DNA of 64,000 nt from Candidatus Poribacteria bacterium. GTDB taxonomy: Bacteria > Poribacteria > WGA-4E > WGA-3G. Of the stretch, positions 19,175 to 29,167 are shown piece by piece. Numbering within the stretch: the first letter of the stretch is position 1; every line of letters begins with the position of its first letter. The stretch spans positions 4,032,001 through 4,096,000 of the forward strand of contig CBDANF010000003.1 in NCBI GenBank assembly GCA_965197475.1. Direction: 5' to 3'. The notes beneath the pieces were generated by a model that was not told where the DNA came from, made no database searches, and saw only the letters and a program-made list of their open reading frames with translations. Both the position numbers and the translations under genes were made by a program.

Positions 19175-20416
19175 TTAGTTTTTCTGTTCACGTTGGTCGG
19201 CTATTTTATTTAGTGTTTCAAGGTCAGCGGTGATGCGTTCGGTAATTGTGGGTACCTCCGCGAACACTTCTCGTAACATACACAAGATTTGTTGAGAAAT
19301 ACCAAGTTTATCATGTTCATTATAAAGGTATATAGCCAATTGTCGGACCTTCATAGCGACACTGTGACTTGCATCATCATGAAAGCCCATTCTTTTTTTC
19401 TTGAGTAAGATTGGTTGTGCCATATTGTGCCAGTTTTTAACAGCTTGAATGAGTTTATCCACCAGTGGGGCTAAAGTTGTATCAGAAGCTATTATATCTG
19501 CAGCATATCGCAGTTTCTGATCTTGTGTATTAATATTCTTTTCTTCGTTTTCAAGAATTGGTGTAGCCTTCACTGCATAGGCATCAATGGTGTCGTCTAT
19601 CAAAAGTGGTTTACGATTCTTTTTATGAACAATTGTAGATTCATCAACTATCATCATAATAGCATTCAAACGTTCTTTAGCAGAATGTATATTACTCAAT
19701 ACCGATTTAATAACCTGTTGATAATAATATCTACGATTCTGGATTTCTACTGCTACAGATGAAACGTCAGTAATTTCTGGGAAACTTGCCTCTCTACGTT
19801 CTATGTTGAGTGTTGCACACACCGTTTCTGGATCAATATCCTCAAATGCTTGGGCAATTGCAAGTATCCATTTAGCGATATCGTCGGGCATGTAGTTTGG
19901 TAAACGGCACATCCTAGCAGCAAGTATGTTTGATCGTGCAATAGAGTTAAGTTTCTCTATGCAGAGGTACTGACGAATTTGCTTTAGAGTATCTATTTTA
20001 TTTGAATGTCTCTTAGGTTGAAATATGCTTTCAAGTAAAAAATGTTCCTCCGATAGTTTCAATAAATCTAACACTTCGTCAGCAACATTATATGTTTCAG
20101 CACAAGGCAAACGGGATAGTGCAGCGGCAAGCGAATCAACTGGAATTATAGATGTTAACTTATCACGGCAACGGTGGCTCCCTGCTGATGCCTCTAACAA
20201 CATTAGCATTTCATCTGCGCGATTTTGGTTGACACCTGGCAGCCATGCTACCTCAGCAGAGATGCGCTTGCGCGGGTTTGTTAGTATAGACCTTGCCTTC
20301 ATACAAGCGTCAACATCAGATAACAGACTACGTTCTTCAGCTGATTCTTCAATTCTACGTATATCATCTCGCGGTGTCAAGCCAAGAATATGAAAGGGGT
20401 TATCAAATAAATCCAT
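19175..20416 (-). CDS. Hsp70-associated J-like protein, paralog of 17685-19154 without the TM tail
   Basis: Shares NPFHILG.TPRD, ISAEVAWLPGVN, WILAI, EVFAEVP. Confidence 0.55.
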   Translation of the reverse strand: MDLFDNPFHILGLTPRDDIRRIEESAEERSLLSDVDACMKARSILTNPRKRISAEVAWLPGVNQNRADEMLMLLEASAGSHRCRDKLTSIIPVDSLAAALSRLPCAETYNVADEVLDLLKLSEEHFLLESIFQPKRHSNKIDTLKQIRQYLCIEKLNSIARSNILAARMCRLPNYMPDDIAKWILAIAQAFEDIDPETVCATLNIERREASFPEITDVSSVAVEIQNRRYYYQQVIKSVLSNIHSAKERLNAIMMIVDESTIVHKKNRKPLLIDDTIDAYAVKATPILENEEKNINTQDQKLRYAADIIASDTTLAPLVDKLIQAVKNWHNMAQPILLKKKRMGFHDDASHSVAMKVRQLAIYLYNEHDKLGISQQILCMLREVFAEVPTITERITADLETLNKIADQREQKN

Positions 20417-20437
20417 TCTCAATAATTATTCTGTAAA

Positions 20438-23023
20438 TCATACCTTGAATATATTGACAACAATATCACGTTCAGTTGTTTTGTCATCCTCAAAGCGAGG
20501 TATTAACATCATCTGCCTTACAATCTCACGTAGTTCTTCAATAGTTCCATCGTCAATAATCGCAGTTTGATATTTCTCTGCTGGCGAGAGCTCTTCATAT
20601 CTACGAATGAGATCACTGCCTAAAAGTTGCTTTCCTTTCAATGCAAGTTCCTCAAAACGAGCACTGTCTGTAAAAAACTGAGGAGTACTGATCAGGCGTT
20701 TGAACCTTTCAATTATAAACCAGGGCTGCCTCCAGAGAATTTCAAAAATCCTGGCTCTAAGTTCATCCAAATGCTCATCAAAGTCATTATCGTTATTATC
20801 AATGGAACGCTGAGCAGTTGCTACAAGACTGTCAAACGCTCTTTCCTCCGAGGGACGTGAATGCTGTCGACAATACATATCAAAAAATGTGAGTTCACTA
20901 TTCAGTTCAACCTGACAGATTCCCTTCCGATTTTTTCTTTTCACTTCCTCAAGGAGTTCCTTAGCTTGTGTGATACACTGATCTGCTTCTTTTACCTTAT
21001 CAGGATCAGATTCATCGGAATCAAGTGAGAGAGGTGTTTCAAGTTTTTGTAGTGCCTGATCTAACTTTGGATCATCCACAACGTCTTTAATCTCGTTTAT
21101 ACTGTTGCGTACAACGATTCCCTTTTCAATTATCTCATTGGCGATTAAAGTATAATTGCGTTTTCCTTCATCAGGAGAATAGTGATCTGTTTTGCATAAT
21201 TCAAATATGCCACGGATATCTGGCACTTCTAACTTTAATTTGATTTCTGCCGAGTTCTTTATCTCAAAATTACATATTAAGTCCGCGCTTTCGGGAATAA
21301 CACCTTCATAAAAATCGGTGCCCTTTATTTTGAATTCACCGATATTTTCATTGGCATAAATATCTTCCTTAAATTCACCCTCCAGTAGGATAAAATTTAG
21401 GAATTCAGATGAACCAGCTTCAAGTGCTTTGCGAGCTTTTAGCCCAGGAACGCTGACCTTTTTAGGTAGCGTATCTCCCTTTTCTATCAACGGAACAAGA
21501 ATATCTTTACCAATAGATTTGTCATGAACTACTAAACTTATTGATGATGGAGATGGAATAGCTTCAACAATAGCAGTAGTTTTTGTGATGACAATTTCGT
21601 GCTGTTCTATAGGTTCTCCGACAGCGTCATATACAACTACTTTAAACGTATTCTCCCCTGGCTTTGTCAAGTTAACGTCTACGGTTGTCCCATGTTTTAG
21701 CGGAATCCTTCCAGATGTCGATGCAGTATCAAGACTATCAATTTGGAATTCAAAACCCAAGGGAACCTCTCCTCCTACTTGCACAGCAATCTTTGATGTA
21801 TCGCTTGGTGTTCGTGCTGTGTAATTAAAACTTAATGTTAATTCATCAGAAGATATTTGACCGCGGGTAGGTTTCATTTTATAATCTTCAGAACTCCAGT
21901 CAATAGATTCTGCAAAAAGACTCGCGCCTTCAGCTACAGCGGTCATGGGTTTGTATTTTGATATTTCAATTTCACCGTTAATTCCAAGTTCTGAAGATAC
22001 TTTGTCCCGCAAAGGTTTGTAATGTGTCGGGCCGCCAACCCAGACGATACGGTCAATATCGTGTGCGTTTACACCACATTCTTCCATTGTTTTACGAGCA
22101 CAATTTATTGTGTCGTTTATTTTCTCTACTATTAGCTTGTCAAAAGTATCACGTCGCAAAGGGAACTCCTGGAAGATTGTTTCACCTTTTAAATCTTTTA
22201 GACAATCAGGTAAAGTGCCCTGTGTAGGAGGAATGGTTATAGTAGATTCTTCACTGCGGGATAATTCTATCTTTGCCCGTTCTGCTGAACGATCGAATAT
22301 AGAAGTAAAATTTTCGAAATCTTTGTTTTTATCTAAATCATCTGGCAAATCGTATTTCTCATATAATTGAGGTAGAATAATATTATCTACAATTAGACGA
22401 TCAAAATCCTCTCCACCGCAAACTTCTATTCCACCGTGTGCAAGAAGGTTTACCTTTCCTCCAGTACTTTGTGCAATGGCCACGTCAAACGTCCCGCCAC
22501 CGAGATCGTAGATTAGAAAGGTGCCATCGGCGTTGTGTGTTCTCATAAAACTCATCACCGCTGCAACAGGCTCTTGCATCAGTTCAACTTTGCCAATTCC
22601 CGCCATTTCCGCAGCTTGTCTTGTCGCGTATCTTGCTTTCTGATTGAATGCCGCAGGTACAGTAATAACTGTGCCTGTTTCAGACGATTTTCTGATTTCC
22701 TCTAGCTCGGGGGAACCAAACAACTCTTTCAATATGTCCACAGAACATTCTTCAGGTGTCACGGTGAGATTCACTGCGGAGAGTTCAATTAAGTGGTCTT
22801 CTCCCATTCTACGTTTGAATGACTTTGCACAACTTTTAGGATATATTGGCCACAACGTATAAGCTGCGTGCCCAATTTGTTTTCTTCCTCGTGGGTCATA
22901 ATAAATGACTGATGGAGTTACATCGTTTCCTTCTCTGCTTTTAATGAGTACTGTTTCTGCGCCGTCGTATACGTAGATGACACTATTTGTTGTACCTAAG
23001 TCGATACCGATAAAATTATTCAT
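20438..23023 (-). CDS. Accessory Hsp70-family protein (861 aa) with a non-canonical C-terminal region
   Basis: GIDLGTTNS, TPSVI, VITVPAAFN, EPVAA, YDLGGGTFDVAI, GGEDFD, VGGPT, AVAEGA. Confidence 0.9.
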   Translation of the reverse strand: MNNFIGIDLGTTNSVIYVYDGAETVLIKSREGNDVTPSVIYYDPRGRKQIGHAAYTLWPIYPKSCAKSFKRRMGEDHLIELSAVNLTVTPEECSVDILKELFGSPELEEIRKSSETGTVITVPAAFNQKARYATRQAAEMAGIGKVELMQEPVAAVMSFMRTHNADGTFLIYDLGGGTFDVAIAQSTGGKVNLLAHGGIEVCGGEDFDRLIVDNIILPQLYEKYDLPDDLDKNKDFENFTSIFDRSAERAKIELSRSEESTITIPPTQGTLPDCLKDLKGETIFQEFPLRRDTFDKLIVEKINDTINCARKTMEECGVNAHDIDRIVWVGGPTHYKPLRDKVSSELGINGEIEISKYKPMTAVAEGASLFAESIDWSSEDYKMKPTRGQISSDELTLSFNYTARTPSDTSKIAVQVGGEVPLGFEFQIDSLDTASTSGRIPLKHGTTVDVNLTKPGENTFKVVVYDAVGEPIEQHEIVITKTTAIVEAIPSPSSISLVVHDKSIGKDILVPLIEKGDTLPKKVSVPGLKARKALEAGSSEFLNFILLEGEFKEDIYANENIGEFKIKGTDFYEGVIPESADLICNFEIKNSAEIKLKLEVPDIRGIFELCKTDHYSPDEGKRNYTLIANEIIEKGIVVRNSINEIKDVVDDPKLDQALQKLETPLSLDSDESDPDKVKEADQCITQAKELLEEVKRKNRKGICQVELNSELTFFDMYCRQHSRPSEERAFDSLVATAQRSIDNNDNDFDEHLDELRARIFEILWRQPWFIIERFKRLISTPQFFTDSARFEELALKGKQLLGSDLIRRYEELSPAEKYQTAIIDDGTIEELREIVRQMMLIPRFEDDKTTERDIVVNIFKV

Positions 23024-23916
23024 GATTCTGTTTTCCTTAAATAAACTTTTCCTCTTTTGATTAAATTTGTTCCCTTCATTATTATTGGTTCAATCATCCA
23101 AGTGACTTCCAAAGAATCGTTAACACCAATGTTCTTCGGTGGATCTACGGGGTCCGCAGCCATTCCTGCATCATAAGCGTGTCCTTCAACATTGACGATC
23201 CGTAAACCTACATCATTAAGGGATTCTTCTGCTTTCTTTAAAAACCATTCTATTCGACTTGTATAACGTCTGGGTTGATCTATTTTAAGCTGTAAAATTG
23301 CATGTTCAAATGTTTTCGCAAGGTACCAAGCTTCAGTTGTTAACTTTATAATGGTCTCTTCATGCTCTTCCACATCATTTTCAGCGGTTACGTTAATTAC
23401 TGCTTCATTTTGTCCCTCCATATCCTTTTCAGGTACATCTTTCAACTTGGCTAACTGATCAAGTACAGGTGGGTAATATTGCATACCAATACACAAAGCC
23501 AATGCAATGGGCAATCTGTATAGATCTATTTTTGTTTTTGGGAACCATATCAATATCGCACAATAACTTGCTCCAAACGCGATAAACATTGCCCATGTAG
23601 TGGATATTAGCGCATATTCTTGGATATCAGTTGATGATACCGTTATTCGGGTTATAAAGTAAATGAGAGCCAAGACTAATATTGTGCCTATACAAATAGG
23701 GGTTATGAAAGAAATAGAATCTAATGATTGTGGTGAGATGAATATCAGTGCTGTAATGATAATTATCTGTGAAATAATTAGAGATAACAGGACACAAAAA
23801 TAGAGAAAATCTAATTTCTTGAAAAGTCCCTTTTTTTTCATAACGTTTACGCAAACTACCATCATAGATACTATGAAGACGTAAACAAATAACTCTATTA
23901 TCACCATTTTTAACAA
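23020..23916 (-). CDS. Multi-pass membrane protein with a C-terminal GrpE-like domain
   Basis: About five TM segments, then LNDVGLRIVNVEGHAYDAGM...VTWMIEPIIMKGTNLIKRGKVYL, resembling the GrpE beta domain. ATGA overlap with the Hsp70 start. Confidence 0.55.
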   Translation of the reverse strand: MLKMVIIELFVYVFIVSMMVVCVNVMKKKGLFKKLDFLYFCVLLSLIISQIIIITALIFISPQSLDSISFITPICIGTILVLALIYFITRITVSSTDIQEYALISTTWAMFIAFGASYCAILIWFPKTKIDLYRLPIALALCIGMQYYPPVLDQLAKLKDVPEKDMEGQNEAVINVTAENDVEEHEETIIKLTTEAWYLAKTFEHAILQLKIDQPRRYTSRIEWFLKKAEESLNDVGLRIVNVEGHAYDAGMAADPVDPPKNIGVNDSLEVTWMIEPIIMKGTNLIKRGKVYLRKTES

Positions 23917-23985
23917 CCTAAGATCGTTTTATCTATCTTTACATAAATATTCTCTTAATTAAATTTTTGCGTCTAAGTATTATGA

Positions 23986-24816
23986 CTACATATCGCCTTT
24001 CACAGAACGATTAGGATGGCTAAAACCGATACCACGTTTGGACGATTCTATAAACTGGAGTAGATATTCAACTTCTGGATCTGCTGGTAATTCCTCTTTC
24101 ACTTTGCTAACAGCATGTCTCAACGGTAAACCAGAACGGAACAAAATACGGAAAGCTTTTTTTAGGAGGGCAAATGTTTCGGGGGAAAGTTTCGATAACG
24201 GATTGATTTGTGATGTCCGAATACCGATGCGATTTAAGTCTCGGACACGGGCAGGTTGACCAGCCGAAAGCGCGAACGGTGGGATGTCTTGAACAATTTT
24301 TGAACAACCACCCGCCATCGCCATTTTACCGACACGAACAAATTGATGAAGTGCAGCGTAAGCACCGAGGCGAACATCATCTTCAATGGTAACATGACCA
24401 GCAAGTGTGGCAAAATTCGCCATAATCGTTCTGCTGCCGATAATAGAGTCATGAGCAATATTCACCCAATTCATTAAAAGATTATCATCGCCAATAACAG
24501 TTTCGCCATCTTCAAAAGTTGAACGAGAGATAGAGACGTACTCACGCAGGACATTTCGGTTGCCGATGCGGACATAACTCCGTCCACCACTATATTTGAG
24601 GTCCTTTGAGGGATTTCCGACGGTTGCACCGAAAAAGATTTGGCAATCTTCACCAATAGTCGTCCATTTTCCGATCTGAACATGCGGCCCGATCACAGTA
24701 TTAGCACCAATCTGAACATGGTCTTCAACAATGGTATAAGGATCAATGTGAACACCTTCTCCCAATTCGGACTTAGGTGAAATAATTGCGGTTGGATGAA
24801 TGTTTGTCGCTGTCAC
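23986..24816 (-). CDS. lpxA: Acyl-ACP--UDP-N-acetylglucosamine O-acyltransferase
   Basis: IHPTAII, hexapeptide repeats, AHD, LAGHV, HQFVRVG, DIPPF; next to lpxC-fabZ. Confidence 0.92.
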   Translation of the reverse strand: MTATNIHPTAIISPKSELGEGVHIDPYTIVEDHVQIGANTVIGPHVQIGKWTTIGEDCQIFFGATVGNPSKDLKYSGGRSYVRIGNRNVLREYVSISRSTFEDGETVIGDDNLLMNWVNIAHDSIIGSRTIMANFATLAGHVTIEDDVRLGAYAALHQFVRVGKMAMAGGCSKIVQDIPPFALSAGQPARVRDLNRIGIRTSQINPLSKLSPETFALLKKAFRILFRSGLPLRHAVSKVKEELPADPEVEYLLQFIESSKRGIGFSHPNRSVKGDM

Positions 24817-24888
24817 AAGTTTGCCTCTACTTTCTAATTATTTTTGTGTTATCAAAATACATTCACGAGGATGTTGTCATTGTTGAGT

Positions 24889-26199
24889 TTACCCGTTTCC
24901 TGTAGGTGCAAGTGCAATAGACAATTCAGCTTCCGCCGCGAGAGCATCGCCTACATACACCTCCCCAGTGATTCGTGCCAAGGTGCTGCGCCGCTGAACG
25001 ATCTCAACTTCTAATCGAAGTTGATCCCCAGGTATAACCGTTTTCCGAAAAGTTGCTTTGCTGATAGATCGGAAATAACCGAGTTGCTCCTCTTCTCCGA
25101 TTTCCTGAAGCAACAACCATGCACCGAGCTGTGCAAGTGCCTCTACTTGCAAAACGCCCGGCATCACTGGTTGCGCTGGAAAATGTCCTTCAAATATAGG
25201 TTCATTGTACGTTAGATTTTTTATGCCGACAGCGCGTTTTCCGTTCTCAAATTCAATTACTCGATCGAGTAAACACATCGGGTGCCGATGTGGTAGAATT
25301 CGATAAATCTCCTTCGCTTCAACGGGTTGATTTTTCTCACCATCATCCGCCTGTACAAAATCAAGGAACCCTTTTTCTGCCAGAGTCTGAACAAATTCGG
25401 CATGGAATGTGTGCCCACTGCGCATAGCGATGACTCGCGCTTTCGGCAGGTATCCCGCAAGGTAAAGATCACCAATTAGGTCAAGCGTTTTATGACGAAC
25501 AAATTCGTCTTTGAACCTTAACTCCGAACTCGTCTGCCCATCTGGTTTTATAACGACGACGTTCTCATAACTTGCGCCTTTCCCAATTCCCAGCGATTGC
25601 AATGCTTCAATTTCAGCCTCAAAACAGAAACTGCGAGCGGGTGCAATTTCGCGAATATAGGTATCTTCAGTCATCTCCCATGTGACAAATTGTGGGATTG
25701 TATTCGGATGATCATAAGCAAAGGTAACCTCAAAAGTATCGGATGGGAGAAAGATAAGTTGCTTGTTACCATCACAAACAGCAAAGGGGTCGGATACTTC
25801 AATGAAACGACGGGGAGCATCTTGCGCTGCCAATCCAACTTCTTGGATTTTCGCGACATACGGTAGCGCGCTACCATCAAGCCCTGGAGGTTCCTGTGCA
25901 TCAAGTTCCACCCTTGCATTGTCAATCTTGAGACCACCTAAGGCAGACAAAAGATGTTCAATGCTACTTATTGTTGTGTCGCCATGTTGTAAACTAGTAC
26001 AACGCGGTAATACCTCTGCACAATTCTCCGGACAAACTTTCACCTCCGGTGTCCCCGGCTTATCAATCCGCTGAAAAACAATACCGGAATTCGCAGGAGC
26101 TGGCTTTATTGTCAGCGTAACCGGTTCTCCCAGCATCAACCCTTTTCCAGAAATTGTGACTTCAGACTGAAGTGTTTGTTGAGATTCAACATTTCCCAT
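24889..26199 (-). CDS. lpxC: Bifunctional LpxC/FabZ (UDP-3-O-acyl-GlcNAc deacetylase plus 3-hydroxyacyl-ACP dehydratase)
   Basis: IEHLLSAL, DGSA, ARSF, HKTLDLIGDL (LpxC); LPHRHP...FEGHFPAQPVMPGVLQVEALAQ (FabZ). Confidence 0.92.
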   Translation of the reverse strand: MGNVESQQTLQSEVTISGKGLMLGEPVTLTIKPAPANSGIVFQRIDKPGTPEVKVCPENCAEVLPRCTSLQHGDTTISSIEHLLSALGGLKIDNARVELDAQEPPGLDGSALPYVAKIQEVGLAAQDAPRRFIEVSDPFAVCDGNKQLIFLPSDTFEVTFAYDHPNTIPQFVTWEMTEDTYIREIAPARSFCFEAEIEALQSLGIGKGASYENVVVIKPDGQTSSELRFKDEFVRHKTLDLIGDLYLAGYLPKARVIAMRSGHTFHAEFVQTLAEKGFLDFVQADDGEKNQPVEAKEIYRILPHRHPMCLLDRVIEFENGKRAVGIKNLTYNEPIFEGHFPAQPVMPGVLQVEALAQLGAWLLLQEIGEEEQLGYFRSISKATFRKTVIPGDQLRLEVEIVQRRSTLARITGEVYVGDALAAEAELSIALAPTGNG

Positions 26200-26268
26200 A
26201 TATATGTATGACTCCGTTCACTAGTATATGTTTATTTTGTGTGTTGATGTATCGTCCATTTTATTATT

Positions 26269-27321
26269 CTATCGTTTTTCTGAGGAGGCTCTTTTCTGTC
26301 TAATTTGGCGAATCATCCGATTATGTTCAGCAAGCGTCTTTGAGAAATGATGTTGTCCCGTCTCAATAGCGACAAAATAGTAATAAGATGTTTTTTCTGG
26401 TCTCAGCGCACCTAAAATCGAAGCCATTCCTGGATTACCGATTGGACCGGGCGGCAAACCTTTATGAAGATAGGTGTTGTAAGGCGATTCAACTTTTAGG
26501 TCTTCTCTCGTCAATAGACGTTTCGGATCACCCAGTGCGTAAAGCACAGTCGGATCCGCTTGAAGTCGCCAGTTATGCTTAAGCCGATTGTGAAAAACAC
26601 TCGCAATTTGAGGTATTTCTGACTCAGATCCTGCCTCTCTTTGAATAATGGATGCAAGCGTAATTACTTGGTGCCGCGTAAAACCGAATACTTCTGCTTC
26701 TTCTGTCAATGTCTCGTTCCAACGTTTATCAGATTCAGCCAACATCATCTTAACAACTGTTTCGGCTGTACTACCCTTAGCGAATTTATACGTGTTTGGA
26801 AAAAGGTAGCCTTCCGCTGTAGCACTTTCAGGCACGTATTTTTGCAGTAATTCAGGTAACTGCATTGCTGCCCGAAACGCTTCTCCCGTGCCAAATCCAG
26901 AGGTTTCCCAAAGTTCAGCAATTGCTGTTGACGTAATACCTTCAGGGACAGTAAAAGTCTGAAACTCAATTTGCCCTTTCTTGAGTTCATCAAGAATCCG
27001 CGTGAGCGACATATTACGACTGAGTTGATAAGTACCAGCACGCAGTTGAGTGCCTATCCCCCGATACCGTACCGCAACTTTGAAAACAAAAGGACTTCGA
27101 ATTAAATTATTGGTCGCAAGATGTTTCGCAATTGTTGCTGTGCTACTGCCAGGATCAATCGTAATAGACACAATCTCCTCTGATGATGCGGTTGGGGATA
27201 GGTAGTATCCACCAACCAAGACCGCACTGAAGCAGATGATTCCAAGACAGCCAAGCGCGTATAACACAACCGTCTGAACTCGTTTTGAAGTCAATACTGC
27301 TCCTATATTCCGTAGGAACAT
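26269..27321 (-). CDS. mltG: Endolytic transglycosylase
   Basis: TVPEG, EGYLFPNTY, ASIIQRE, VFHNRL, LQADPT, SPYNTY...GLPPGPI. Confidence 0.92.
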   Translation of the reverse strand: MFLRNIGAVLTSKRVQTVVLYALGCLGIICFSAVLVGGYYLSPTASSEEIVSITIDPGSSTATIAKHLATNNLIRSPFVFKVAVRYRGIGTQLRAGTYQLSRNMSLTRILDELKKGQIEFQTFTVPEGITSTAIAELWETSGFGTGEAFRAAMQLPELLQKYVPESATAEGYLFPNTYKFAKGSTAETVVKMMLAESDKRWNETLTEEAEVFGFTRHQVITLASIIQREAGSESEIPQIASVFHNRLKHNWRLQADPTVLYALGDPKRLLTREDLKVESPYNTYLHKGLPPGPIGNPGMASILGALRPEKTSYYYFVAIETGQHHFSKTLAEHNRMIRQIRQKRASSEKR

Positions 27322-27397
27322 GGGATGTCTCCAAATCAACGCTGCCTAATCATATAATTTACAACACTGAGTTGGCGAAAATGTTGGGAACTTATCC

Positions 27398-27820
27398 TTA
27401 CTTTTCGCCTATGTTATCACGCAAATACTCGTCCAAGATTATCACAGCTGAAATTTGGTCAATAACTTTTTTTCGGTCTTTCGGATCCATGTTGACTTGA
27501 TCCAATATTTCTTCTGCTTCCGATGTCGTAAACCTCTCATCCAAAAACTCAACAGGGATCTGAAGTCCTTGCGCTAACCTATTCCCAAATTTTTGCACCT
27601 TCTCTGCTTGTGTGCCAACGGTTCCGTCAAGTGAGATAGGTAGTCCAATCACGATTCGTTCCACCTTGTGGATAGAGACGAGGTCACCTATTGCTGTTAT
27701 ATCACGTTGTCGATTTGTCCGAGTCAGCGTACACAATGGATGTGCACCACTTCCAAGCACATCACTAACTGCCACACCAATCCTTACGTCACCGACATCT
27801 AATCCAAGTAAGACAGCCAT
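27398..27820 (-). CDS. ruvX: Pre-16S rRNA nuclease YqgF/RuvX
   Basis: LGLDVGDVRIGVAVSD, VIGLP, DERFTT, IDQISAVIIL; AGGAG RBS. Confidence 0.92.
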   Translation of the reverse strand: MAVLLGLDVGDVRIGVAVSDVLGSGAHPLCTLTRTNRQRDITAIGDLVSIHKVERIVIGLPISLDGTVGTQAEKVQKFGNRLAQGLQIPVEFLDERFTTSEAEEILDQVNMDPKDRKKVIDQISAVIILDEYLRDNIGEK

Positions 27821-27876
27821 ATTGACTCCTTTTGCGGGGAACCCGTTCAAACTTTCTGATTTTCACATATTTTTTA

Positions 27877-27958
27877 ATTTTACACGAAAAAACAGATATC
27901 GTCAAGATAAATATCTATCGCGAATCCAGTTGATAAATTATACATATTTTGATATAAT
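27877..27958. promoter_or_regulatory. Divergent sigma70-type promoters for ruvX and the methyltransferase
   Basis: Minus strand TTGACG-17-TAAAAT at 27905-27877; plus strand TTGATA-17-TATAAT at 27930-27958. Confidence 0.55.
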
Positions 27959-28029
27959 TTATCCACAAAAAAGTAACCTTGTTTCAAATCTTATAGCGTG
28001 TTTGAAAGCACGAATTAGAAAAGATCCGC

Positions 28030-28893
28030 ATGTCTAAACACCGTCTCTATTATGGGGATAATCTCACAATTCTTCAGAAGTATGTCTCTGATGAGAGTAT
28101 TAATCTAATATATATTGATCCGCCGTTCAACACAGGAAAATACCAATTGCGCACTGAATTGCAGGTTGAACAGGATGATCAAGGTGATCGTATCGGTTTC
28201 CAAGGCAAGACATACAGAACCTATAAAGGCAAAACAAGACACTACTCCGATAAGTTCGAGAGTTCGGATGTCTACTTGCAGTTTTTACGTCCCCGTTTTG
28301 AAGAGGCATACCGGGTAATGCATCCTTATGGAAGTTTTTTTCTGCATATTGATTACCGGGAGGTGCATTACTGTAAAATAATACTTGATGAGATATTTGG
28401 ACGCGACTCCTTTGTCAATGAAATTATTTGGGCTTACGATTACGGTGGACGGTCCAAATCGCGATGGCCCGCCAAGCACGATAATATCCTGTGGTACGCT
28501 AAAACCCCGAAACGTTATACCTTCAATTTTGATGAGATGGATAGGATACCTTATATGGCACCCGGTTTAGTCGGCAAAGAGAAGGCAGCGCGAGGTAAAA
28601 CACCTACCGATGTCTGGTGGCATACAATTGTCAGCACTAATGGACAAGAAAAAACCGGCTATCCGACACAAAAACCGCTCGGAATTCTTAACCGTATTGT
28701 CAAAGTGCATTCATCCTCCGGAGACACACTTATGGATTTTTTTGCTGGCAGCGGATCATTCGGAGAAGCTGCAGCACTACACAATCGTTCCTCGATTCTA
28801 ATTGATAACAATATCCCCGCAATCAGGAGCATTATGAGTCGGTTGGCAATTTTTGGCGTTGAACTTGTCAACGCTAATTACGAGATGTTGTAG
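28030..28893 (+). CDS. Site-specific DNA methyltransferase (N6A/N4C, beta class), orphan
   Basis: YIDPPF catalytic motif precedes YPTQKP and DFFAGSGS SAM-binding motif. Confidence 0.88.
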   Translation: MSKHRLYYGDNLTILQKYVSDESINLIYIDPPFNTGKYQLRTELQVEQDDQGDRIGFQGKTYRTYKGKTRHYSDKFESSDVYLQFLRPRFEEAYRVMHPYGSFFLHIDYREVHYCKIILDEIFGRDSFVNEIIWAYDYGGRSKSRWPAKHDNILWYAKTPKRYTFNFDEMDRIPYMAPGLVGKEKAARGKTPTDVWWHTIVSTNGQEKTGYPTQKPLGILNRIVKVHSSSGDTLMDFFAGSGSFGEAAALHNRSSILIDNNIPAIRSIMSRLAIFGVELVNANYEML

Positions 28894-28930
28894 AAATATC
28901 TTGTTTCCATATTGCGTATTATACACTGCG

Positions 28931-28954
28931 GTAGGCGCGCTTTGTAAGTGCGCT
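28931..28954 (+). repeat. GTAG-type REP palindrome
   Basis: GTAG-GCGCGCTT-TGT-AAGTGCGC. Confidence 0.6.
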
Positions 28955-29167
28955 GTTAATGGTGTCCAAGTAATTATAAACTTTTCTATGGTTTGTACGA
29001 AGAATCAAAAATATTTTTCCTATCTTCTTAAGGTTAGATGTCTCAATTAGTATGAGTGGTATATTCAAGACCAAACCTTCAATACAAGAATACTGAGTGG
29101 TAAATAATCAACACAATTCACAATTATCGTCCGAAATAGGATATAGTAGACACTCGGAGGTATAAAC

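Noticed and set aside
20438-23023. Housekeeping dnaK
   Set aside because: Too long, C-terminal half unlike DnaK, AT-rich, and without canonical dnaJ, grpE or hrcA.
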